64,000 nucleotides of DNA from positions 248,001-312,000 of the forward strand of contig RSEE01000025.1 of NCBI GenBank assembly GCA_003971905.1, written 5' to 3'. The notes under the pieces are model-generated. The model was not told the DNA's origin and did not search any database. It saw nothing but the letters and a program-made list of their open reading frames with translations. Source of the stretch: Moniliella sp. 'wahieum'. Taxonomy: Eukaryota. The position numbers and the translations under genes were made by a program. Shown here in pieces: positions 51,587 through 62,484 of the stretch; position 1 is the first letter of the stretch, and every line of letters starts with the position of its first letter.

Positions 51587-52476
51587 AGAAAGAAGACCGG
51601 AACAAGAGGTGGTGGTGAAAGGGAGGGATAAGGTCAGTCGGAAGGCCACATTGGGCACTTTGGGGCGTAGGACGTACCCATGTTGGGTCGGAGCAGCGCG
51701 CTCGTGTGCGCGCAGGATACAACGCGGATGAACGGATAAAGTCGCGCGTGACAAAATCCACGGTGTTGAGTTCTCCGTTCACACCTTCTCACTCTCGCGT
51801 CCCACGCTCACGGCAGCCAATGACGACAGTCGATCCTCCGGGGCAGGCCTCACGCTCAGAATGGACCGTGGACCGTGGACGGTGCGGGTGGGCTGCCCGC
51901 AACGGCTGCAGAGGTGGTGATTCGACAGGTGGGGGCCGTGGGGGGCGCCCTGGAGTTTGGCCACACTGGCTGCCCTTTTTCGCAGCTGCACCATGTCACA
52001 TGTCACCGGCCTGGTACCGATGATCGATGACGTGGGGATGACGTTATGCAGCAGAGCTGTCACACTGACGCCTTGCTGGCGCCACGCAGCTCCTGCTGGA
52101 TCTGGTGCGGCGGACTCTTGCGGACCGTCTGCGCCCGTGCGAGCCAGCCAGCTCTGCGCCCCACAGCAGCACGTCGATGACAGCGTCCTTGTAGCCCCCG
52201 GGCCGCAACGGAGGCGAATGGGCTTTGCTGCAGCCGAGCCCATCCCGACAGGCACCACCCCCGGCAAGATGGACGCCAGACGCAGGCGTCCAGGAACTGC
52301 ACCAGCACTCCGCTTGCGCTTGAATATTGACCTTTGGCGGTTTTGCCTTTTCTGCCTATGGGTGTACTGTGGCACTTGCCGCGCAGGGCAATGCAATGGA
52401 TGCAATGCAATAATGCAACCCCCCAAACTCGAATGCAAACAGACATCCAGGACCTCTGTGTCCCCCGCTGTTCCTT

Positions 52477-53781
52477 CTACAACTTGGCCTGCACTTGCCC
52501 AGCGCAGGTGCCAGCCGTCTCCCCCGCCGCAGCAACCGCACGCTGGGCTGGCCCCCAGCCCGCCTCGGCCAAGGCGCCATCGAGCGCAGCCAACAACCGC
52601 GCCGTGTCGCCGCGCGCCGCGTCAGTCACCGACACGCCCATGTGGCCCAGCCGGAAGTACTCAGCCTTGCATGCCTTGTGCAGCCCTGTGCCGGCCACCA
52701 CGCCCCGCTTGCCCAGCGCAGCCAGCACCTTCGGGCCTTCCACCCCTGCGGGAAGCGGACAGCGGTCATGCCGTGTGCACCGTCCTCCAGACCATTGCCC
52801 GCGGCGAGTTGGGCCAAACCCAGGCTGGCAATGTGGGTCTTGATCTGTTCTGACACCCAGGCGTGGGCTGCGATACGCGTGGCAATCGTCTGAGCAACCG
52901 TAGGCGCGGGGACGAGCATGTCAGTGAGAGATTGGTGCAGAGCATAGATCAAGTTGGTGGCGGAGTGGCAAAGTACGCTGGCTTGCCGGCACGGTAGGCG
53001 CGCATGATGGGCAACCAGCGTTGCCAATCGGCAAAATAGGTCCGGGGCGCTTGGCCTTGGGCCCGCTTGGCCGCAGCATGCCGCACCGCGCGCGGGGAGA
53101 GGGCAAGCAGCATCAGCCCCGGCGGGCAACCAATCCCTTTTTGGCTTGCGGTCAGGACAGCATCAAAGCCCCACGCACCCATCTCAATCTGCTCCGAGCC
53201 TACACTGCACACTCCGTCCAAAACCAGCAGGGCATCGGGGGCATGAGTCCGAACCACCCTCGCAATTCCCTCCGCGTCGCTCAGTACACCCGTCGAAGTG
53301 TCGACATGAGTTACCAAGACGGCGGTGTAGGCACGAGCTTTGAGCGCCTCGCGGACAGCCGACAGAGTGTGTTTTTGCCCACTGGCGCCTCGATCACGTC
53401 GGGGAAGACACCGTAGGCCCGCAAGCAGTCGGCAAATGCGTCGCCAAAGTAGCCAGTCGACAGGACAAGGACCGAGTCGCCCGGGTGGACCAAGTTGGAC
53501 GCAATGTGGTCCCAACCCAGTGTGCCAGAGCCAGCGGTGATGATCGCCTCGGCGTCCTGGGGCGCACGCAGAAGCGTAAGGAAGTGGCCAAGTGCTTCAC
53601 CAAAGACCTTGACAAAAGGAGGGCTAGTGTGCGCCACCGACGGGTGCGCATTGGCGTACAGCACTGCATCCGTCACCTCGACGGGGCCCGGGATGGCGAG
53701 AAGAGAATGAGCATCCTGCTTGAACGCGACGGGTGTGCCGGCGGGCAGGGGCACAGTGGGACGGGAAGCAGGGTTCGACAT
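52477..53781 (-). CDS. AGX1: Alanine-glyoxylate aminotransferase (class V PLP)
   Basis: LLAIPGPVE; AGSGTLGWD; STGYFGDAF; THVDTSTGVL; DGVCSVG; TASQKGIGCPPG; YFATPP; YFRLGHMG. Ends QAKL. Confidence 0.95.
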
Positions 53782-54841
53782 GGCGAGACGGGCAGGTATG
53801 TGTGGCAATGGGATCAGAAAGCGCGGAAGCTGAGGTGGAAGCGGGGCGAAAATACTGGTGGCGGAGAAGTGAGTAGGGAGTGCGCTTCAAGCAAACTTCA
53901 TCCAAGCTCCTGGCTTGCTGTGTGCCTCAGACGTTTGGTTCAACACTCGGAGATGTCGCCTCTCTCCAGCTGTGGGCAGCGCCGAGCGAAGGTCGAACAA
54001 AGAAGCATTTAAAGTGGGGCGGCATTAAGCACACTGCCCGTGTACGGCCTCGGACTAACTGTGCCGAGTCCTGGTCTGTACTCGCACGCACCCAGTGCTG
54101 AAGTACTGAGTGGACTGGTTGAACACTGAACAGTTTGATTAAGGTAGCTTGTGCTTCAGCTTCATTGAAGCCCGAGGGTACCCGGCCCCCGTACCGAAGG
54201 CGGGGATCAGGCGCGTATAGCGCAAAGCAGAGCTCAGCCCAGGCCCAGTCCTGGCCCAGGTACTCAGTGCTCAGTCTGAGTGCTTAGTAAGCCTTCACAA
54301 GATGATGTCGTGGAAGGCAGCCATGGCGATGGAACATCACACTTGCATCGCGTGACATATGATGACGGATTACCAGCACTCTATCGCTCCTGCACGCGTC
54401 TCTCCATCACGTGATGTGTGCCAAGGCCTGACGCCTGTGCATCACAGTTATCAGCCACATACACCTAACGGCCTACTCATCACTATTTGCCCCCCCTGCG
54501 GGCCTCCGCTCCCCCCGCGCATCCGCCAACTACAGCTTCTTTGCCCGCGTAGCCATATTATGCCGTCGGACGTCGGAGAGGATTACCTTGCATTCGAATT
54601 GCACGCCACTCGTTCCGGCTTGCCATCCACAAAGGAAGCATAATGGAAGGCGCACAATGTGCATCCATATAGCGAGATAGAGGCCTGGCCTGTCCATCTG
54701 TCCATCCGTAAGAAAATGAAGTAGTTGCGCACAAACTCGAAGCGCAAGAGAGGTAGTGAGCTGTGAGATAAAGTGGGGCTTAAAGGCGATCAGTCCGCAC
54801 AACGCCCCGTGAAGAGCAGAAGGGCAAGTGAACCGCCACAG

Positions 54842-56335
54842 TTACCGCTCCTCAGCATCGTCATTGTAATCCAGCAACGAGTACTGCTTCATCAGCAACA
54901 CTCTCCCCCGTGTTCCAGGTCAATGGAGTAAGTGTAAATGCAGCCCTCCGAGGTGACCACCATGACCGTTGGCGTGGCCGACGAGATGGCAACAATGCTG
55001 CTGACCCGGGGGTGGGTAACTTGAGGTGGGCAAAGTCGCGTTGCACCTCCCACATATCGGAAAACGAGTGGGGCAGCAGTCCACCCACGCTGCCCGCTAC
55101 ATTCCGGCCCAACGCACGCGACTGGCGTTTGACCAGCCCCTTGAACCCACCTCCATTCCCCCGGTTGGCCAGGGAGGTAGGGTCCTCCATGCCGTTCCCA
55201 GCCTCTGACTCATCCTCGAGCGAGGCCGCAGGACTGTTGGTCCCATTGCCATTCGGACTCAACGTGCCAGCGCTACCGGCCGCGGCAGACAAAGCGGCAT
55301 GCCGAGCGGCGACAACGGTGCCCAACTTGGCAGTCTGACGACCGTCGGGCTCGCCATAGGTGGGCGCCAAACGGAAAATGTGGACAGTCTCTGTATCGGA
55401 AGAGCAGGACAGTAAAGTCGATGTTGCGTTGAACGAAAGTGAGTAGATCCGGGCCGGGTAGGAGCCGCGTCGGAACTGCCACAACTTGGTCGCGGATGGG
55501 ATGCTAAAGACACGAATGATCGTTCCCTTTCACTGGCGGTCGCAAGCAGGGTCCCATTCGCGTTGAGGGCCAAGGCAGCAATAGGAGCTTTGTGCGCTGG
55601 ATAACATTGATCATTGACAGGTTGAGTAGATCAAAGATCATAATGTCTCCGGGCATGTTGTAGCCGCCCTGCCGCTGCTGCTCCGGCGCGCTCTGCGATG
55701 ATCCGGGAAGCGGCGACGTGGGGCTAGGTACAGGGGAGGGAAAAAACAAGGTTGTAGCAAGGATTGGAGCTCGCTGACAAGGCGCAGATCGCTGGAGGGG
55801 AAAAGAGGGCAAGCATGGGATCGTTAGCAATAATTTGGGACTAGGAGGTGGAGCGCAGCAACGCACCTTGAGGATTGGGGTCGTCTCAATTGTATGGAGC
55901 AACTTCATGTTACTAATGTCATAAATATAGATCTCCTCTCAGGAGTACGACGAGCCGTTTGCGATTGAGCTTGACACCGAGAACCGTGCTGGGAAAGAGC
56001 AGTTCGCAGATCGTAGATTGGCGGTTCGAGTTGACCACTTGCACCTTTCGTGGAGACGCAACTCCTTGTCGTCCGGTCGCACCGGCTGCAGGAGCAGCGC
56101 CGGGGGAAGGTTGCTCGCCGGTGCCGACGAGGGCGACCAGGGAGGTGCAAAACAGCATCTCGACAATGCCCGTTGGCCCGACATTCTTGCTGAACACGCG
56201 CCCATGGGGCTCAGTGTTCCAGATGGAATAGCCCTTGCGGGTTCCGACAGAAAGGCAGCTTGCATCCTGGTTAAACGACACGGAGAGGAGCGAGGAGGAG
56301 GACTTGTGCGTCCCGGCGCCCAGCAGACGTGACAT
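54842..56335 (-). CDS. ATG18: Autophagy PROPPIN Atg18 (WD40)
   Basis: [84 protein letters not shown]. Confidence 0.95.
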
Positions 56336-58293
56336 GGGGCGTGTGGAGGGAGGGTTGGAAGTAGGGCCGAGGGGGCGAGAGCGGCGGACAGCAGTGGCTT
56401 CAGCCGGGGGAGCGCAGGGGCGAGGTAGCAGGGGGCGAAGACGACCCAGACGATAGCGGGGCAAGAGACCAGAGCAGCAGTGGTTGCGTGCGCTCGCTGC
56501 GTGGGTTCGGCTGCTGGCCCTGCTCGGCCCCCACCGGCCACCGGCCACCCCCAGCAGTCTCCCGCCCCGATGGCCTCGGCGAGTTGCGGTCGATGGGCCA
56601 GGCGGTCGGCACAAGACTGGCGCCGTGCCGCCCGCGCACCAGCCAGCTTGCTGGTGGCGCATGCGCAGCCCCCTTGCTCGATGACGTAAGTCGGTCTGCG
56701 CACGGCGGAGGCCTTTTGTTTCATTTCATGTTCCGTTTCATTCCTGTCTTCCTCTCATAGGAAGCGCCCCCCCCACCGGAGTAGGATCGATAAGACAGGA
56801 ATACACATGCGCACGCTGCGGCACTGCGCACATGCCTTCCTCTTTTCTTGCACCGGCCTTCTACCGCCATATAGCAACACGTCGCACTCAACTTGCCTCT
56901 ATCGTGCATAGGACGGAGCGATATATATCAAGTCCACACCCGGGCTCTTTTTTATGCGTGTTGTGTGGTGTTTGTAGCAAAAGGAAGGAGGGTAAGGGAA
57001 CTATGAATAACGACGCGACCGTATACTTTTGGTATACCATGGAAGGAGCGTAAGAGAGGAAGAGGCAGGACGGCACGAACAGAGATGTGGGAAAGATGTG
57101 TACAATGCAATACGCACACGCATTCTAATTCGCCAATAGAAGAAGAGGAACGGATTGTTATGGACAACACAGGCCCACGCCATAGAGGATTTCCCAGCCA
57201 CCTCTATGGGGATTTCCAAGGAGCACACACACCATCGGGGAGTAAAAGGGCAACTCAGGCTGTTAGAATGACCAGGAATATGGGGATGGATATGATCTGA
57301 TTGGTCACATGAGATGTGGTCTCTGTTACTCTTCGGCTACAGGTGGTGGCGTGGGCCTGTGTAGAAAAGAGGCGAAACACTTAAGACTGAATCCGCGCCG
57401 GCGTTTGAACGTGCCTGTGGACGTTTGTGCATTGAAGTAGAGGAAGCCGGAAGGGTAATACATTCCAGTACGGACTACAGCTAGAAATTGCGCGAAGACT
57501 GGAACTAGTTTAAGGATGATCCATTAGAGGAGAGGTGGATTGAAAAGCGGGAGGTAAACACTACTAGAAAATAGGAAATGGGAACAGTTGTGGATATACA
57601 GCTAGAAGGAAAAAATGCCATTGTGAGACTGGATCGATTGATGGATTTGACGAATTCATCAACAATATAGGCTGTGAAGGGGATTTTAGGCAAGGGATTG
57701 GGCATACATCGGGCCGACTGGGGCGACTGTTGTCGCTATAGGGGGACATAGCGTTGCATAGTGCGGCCAAGTATGGACGATCATCGCGGCCGGGAGTAGG
57801 AGTGGGCCTATATAGTGGAGTAATCAGCCTAGGAGGACTCTGTTGGGATCAACGTTCATGTATCAGAAACGGGAGAGACAGCAGGTCATCCCAATTTCTA
57901 CTCAAGGACGGGGCTGGGGTGCAAGATGAAGATGTCTGTGTGGTTGCGGTTGTGGTGGTGGCCGTGACTGTACCGGCGAGCCCAGGCCAGGTTAGGTTAG
58001 ATTAGACCTTAGCCGTGTGGTCTGAGATGCGGCTGTCAAGTGGTGGTGCACGTGCTCAGTGCCACTTGCGGTGCCATGAGATCTACGACCAAGCCAAGCC
58101 AAGCCGAGCCATACCCAAAGTCATTCCGCTATCGCCGGAACTGATCGTCTATGCGTTTTTTCCCCGGGGCCTTTGTCTAATCCCCCACGCCCAATGCGTT
58201 GTCCGCTCGCCGCTGTTGGGCCAGTATCGCACAGGAGGTACTCCAGAGCAGAAATAGGTGACAAGAAAACATGAAAATCGGAAGGGAGACCGA

Positions 58294-59194
58294 TCAGTAG
58301 CAGATGCGGTAAGAGCAGTATCGTCCTGCCGTCTCAGACGCTATAAAAACAAAGACGGGTCAGACCTATTCAGCAAACGCATAAAAAACGGGGAATACGT
58401 ACGCCGGATGATCCGCACCACTTGCCCCCTCAGGCCAAAGTAACGAGCGACGGGATCCTTGGGGAGGATACGGGGAAGCTGGTTTTCCTTCAACCGGCTG
58501 TGTAAGAGAAGGAGATCGGGCGAGTGTGTTAGAGGATGGGTCCAGACTCAAGATCAGGACAGGAGTAGAACGTACTAGCGTGCAAGCAGCTCCTTCTTCT
58601 CTAGCGGTGTCATGACCTCGTGGGTAGGCACAAGGGTGTGGTGGGTAATGTTGACCAGGAGCGAGGCCTCGTCAAAGTCCTCAAGGACGAACTGCTGCTG
58701 CATCGCTTCCAGCACCTTTTTAGCTGCCGGAGTCAACTTTTCCGACCAGATAATGATTCCGCGATTGATGCCCTGCTGGTCCAAAGCACCAATAAATTGG
58801 CGGATCGTCTTGACACCAACATTTGCCTCCTCCGAATAAAACACAAAGATCTTCTCGCCTTCCTCGGAGCCGTCTGCATTAGCGTGGAGCGGATCGTTCT
58901 TGTCCGCCTCGGCAAAAAAGTTGAGAGCCTTCCGGTCCACATTGCCGCTGGGGGCGAACGCAGATTGGAAGTCTGCAAGCGAAATGTTGATCTCCTCGTC
59001 CGAGACTTTAGCCCTACAAAACGGTCAACAAGCCAGTTAGCAGCTGATCTTGCCCACACGTGTCCCGACCCCATCCTGTCCCCTCCAGCGCGCAGGAGAA
59101 GGATCAAAGGAAAATCACGTACCCGATCCCGCACGAGTTCGTGGATGGTGCGGTTTACGCGCCAGAGACGAGCGACCTGCTTTTCCTCTTCCAT
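58294..59194 (-). CDS. RPB5: RNA polymerase I/II/III common subunit Rpb5
   Basis: [24 protein letters not shown]|..[16 protein letters not shown]..|[33 protein letters not shown]. Three introns. Confidence 0.96.
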
Positions 59195-59489
59195 GATGTG
59201 GTGGTTAAGAGAGGGTGCGTCGGCCACGCCTGAGGACAAAGACAACCGTCGCGAAACCAGCCAGCGGCCGTCAATTTTGCAACTTCATTCCGCTCCTGGG
59301 AAAAGCCGATGCGGAATTAATCACGGCCTCATCACGTGCCCCTTATGTCACGTGCGGCGTTTTTCTGGCTTCGTGGCACGTCGGAAAGGTGGATATCAGA
59401 CCAACCATTTGAATCCGAGGCGCTGGCTGGGTTTGCCCCCTTGCTCAACCACCATCACACATCTGTCTCCAAGCTTCAGCCCTCTCCCC

Positions 59490-60498
59490 ATGGCGTCAAT
59501 CACGCCCGCCAAGCGTACTGCAACCTCTCCCATCAAGGCGCAGCGCACGCCTATCCACAAGGTGGCCACCCCACAGGCGAGGAGTATTCCTGCCACACAA
59601 TGTTTGGCGCAGTCACCCCGGGAGGGAACACGTCCAAGCGCTTTACGCTGGACAAGCAGGATGATTTGTCCACGACCATTGCCCTGAAAGGGCACGTGGA
59701 GGTGCGGACACGAGTTATTCTCTGGATCTTGCCCTCTTTTCCGCAAGATGGACGATTTCTTGCTTACTTATGACGCGTTTGTCATGGGCGAGCTGGCTGG
59801 GGCGGAGATGCTCCGAGACGAGCAGGCCGAGGAGTTGGGCAGGGGGCCCGCAGCAAAGCCAAGTCCGCTGCCCAACTGGCATCAGTCAAAGAGGAGCAGG
59901 GAAAGACTGTGGGCCACCGTCGCACAGCAAAAGGATGAGGACGAGCGAGAGCGACAAGCTTTGGCTGCCTTGAGTTGAGCCATCAGGATTTATCGCGAAG
60001 GTTGGCGACCGTTCAAGGCGAGGTGAGCGTGTTGGAGGCTCAGCACCAAGCTAAGTTGGAGCGGCTGGAGCGAAATAGAGAAGATCTGCATCGTGCTCGG
60101 CTCTCCACCCAGCAAGATCGCCAACGACTTGAGGAGTTGGTTGGGGTCAAGATCGTACCCCAACAGGGGAACCTACGGGTTGCTTTCACACATTTTGATG
60201 TTCATGATCCGCAGGCACGAGCTTCATTTGTATTGGAGATGAGCGAGCACAGGGGATACTCAGGTACGTCACCCTTCTTCTGTTGAGGCTGGGATTCAGC
60301 TCGTTGATTGTCTTTTCTTGCTGACCATCTCTCCGGCTTATCAATAGTTCGCCATACAAAGCCAAGACTGCCCAAGGCAAAGGTGGCTGAGCTGACAAAG
60401 CAGGTCAACGAGACACGGGATCCGTGGGGCCTGATCAAAGCATGCGGGCTCAGTTTCGTGCGCACAGCGAGCAGGCTGGGGCACCCGCTGTGCCCTAG
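59490..60498 (+). CDS. SPC25: Ndc80-complex kinetochore subunit Spc25-like
   Basis: Coiled-coil followed by LEELVGVKI..LRVAFTHFDVHDPQARASFVLEM..Y|..TKPRL..LTKQVNETRD..LIKAMR, matching the Spc25 RWD domain. Confidence 0.8.
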
Positions 60499-61358
60499 GA
60501 CGGAAGCCCTCAACGGGAAGTGCCACACATGCTTTGCTCTCCAACTTGTACCAGATTATGATATGTTGTGACATACGGGTTGAGCACGGTAGTGGTGGGA
60601 CACGGCAGACGCAGGCAGGCGTTGCATCCATCCGAGGCGAAGCGATTTCTTCATGTCCACGCTTGTGGGCAGGGCAGCAAGTGTGCGTGCTGAGCATCGC
60701 TGCAAGCGACAGCTGCATTCGGCAGAAAGATTATGACAGAAGAGCAGCCCCAGACGGTGAATAATACTGGGGTCTCATGGATCAGACAACGCTACCTCTC
60801 GTTGTCGTTTCGATATTGCGGGGCCTGTTGGGAGGCAAGGGTATCGGCATAAGTGATCCCCATTGACCTCTCACCACTTGTGTCCACATCATGCCATACT
60901 CCATTTGCCCGTACCCCAGGCAGTATTTCCCTCGTCGACTCGGTTAGGTTATTTCTCGTTCCCCGCCTCTCCTGTTTTGCCCTTCCGATGGCAAGGCTTT
61001 GCCATTCGACCCTGTGGGGCCAGCTTTGACCTTCCCGTGCTGCTACACACGTACGATGATGCATCGGATGCCCCAAGCACGAAGCAGGACTGACGCGGTG
61101 CTTACCCCAAGTGTTCTCTGCTGTTGATTCTGCTTTAGCATGGAACTAGGTGACTCAATGCCTATATGCTTGCCTGACGCCAGCAGCATGACAACCCTTG
61201 TTCACCCATGGGGGATGGTAGGCGCGATCAAGGGTGCAATACTAGTGCGCGATTAACGCAGAGGTAACATGGAAGCCGTGGCAGGCTTGTCGTAGGGAGT
61301 ATGGGGAAAGGGTAGTATACAGTATGGCACGTAGGGAGAAAAGTAAAGGGAAAGGTGT

Positions 61359-62484
61359 TTAAAGTGTTTCTGTCAAGGTCGAAACGGGACGGCCATTGTA
61401 CGCGACCTCGTACACTTCGGTAAAGAGAGGGTAATCCTGGGTCCGCCCCCTGGCAGCAAGGAAGAGATGGATCTCCTTGGCGGTGACAGTCCCTTGGAGT
61501 TTTTGACCATTGAGAAGTTCGGCCTCGAGCTCATCGAACGACTTGCCTGTCTTGACAAAGGCCTCGGCTACGCGGCGGTTACGGCCACCATAGCAGGTGG
61601 TGATCAAGTCAGCGACCCCGGCCGATGTTTCGGTAAAGGTCTCTGACTTGACAGGGAAGAATTCTTGGGCAAAGTTCTTCATCTCGATCAATCCGATCCG
61701 CATGATGGCCGCCTTTGCATTTTCGCCCCATCCTAGCCCATCACATAGGCCAGCAGCGATGGCCACCACATTTTTCAGTGCTCCGCCCAACGAAACTCCG
61801 TACACATCCTCCACCAGCCCCACACGGAACTTGGGCGTCTCGAACAGCTTGTGGAAGAGTTCGGCCCAAGCGCGCTGACCTTCGCGGTACCCAATCGTCG
61901 TCTCAGAAAACTTGCCCCGGGCTACCTCGTTGGCAATGTTGGCGCCGGACAAGGCAGAGCACTTGCAGCCCAAGTGCTCCTCAATCACGTCGGCAAAGAC
62001 GCGAATGTGAGTGGTCTCCACCTCAACACCTTTGATCATCGAGATCGCATGGGCATGGGGCGCAATGTGGCCTTGGAGCTTTTTGCAGATGCCATCGATA
62101 AACTGATGCGGGGTGACAAAGACAAGCAAGTTGGCGTCCTTGGCCGTCTCGACAGGGTCGGGGCACGCATGAATGTTTTGGGGAAGGGGGACACCGGGCA
62201 GGTACTTGACATTCTCGTGGTCTTGGTTGATAATGTCGGTCAAGTTGCGACCTTGGATTTGCTCCTCATATACGTACATCCACACCCGCTCTTGGAACAG
62301 GTGGGGGAACTTGCTCACATTCTCGCCAATGATCTTAGCAATGGCGCTGCCCCTGTAGAAAGGAGAATCAAGCAGGTGCGCGTTAGTGTCGGCAATGCTT
62401 TCGCAGACAGAGAAACACGCACCAGTTGCCGGAGCCAATGATGGCAATTTTGAACTGCTTGCCGGTGGGAACGATGCCAGACAT
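61359..62484 (-). CDS. GPD1: NAD-dependent glycerol-3-phosphate dehydrogenase
   Basis: KIAIIGSGNW|GSAIAKI..HENVKYLPG..PHQF..ALSGANIANEVA..GALKNVVA..GVADLITTCYGGRN..LLNGQKLQG. Intron ~62353-62421. Confidence 0.97.

Noticed and set aside
61340..61361. Stop-codon readthrough to a cryptic PTS1 in GPD1 or the Gre2-like gene
   Set aside because: Both end in TAA without the TGA-CTA readthrough context.
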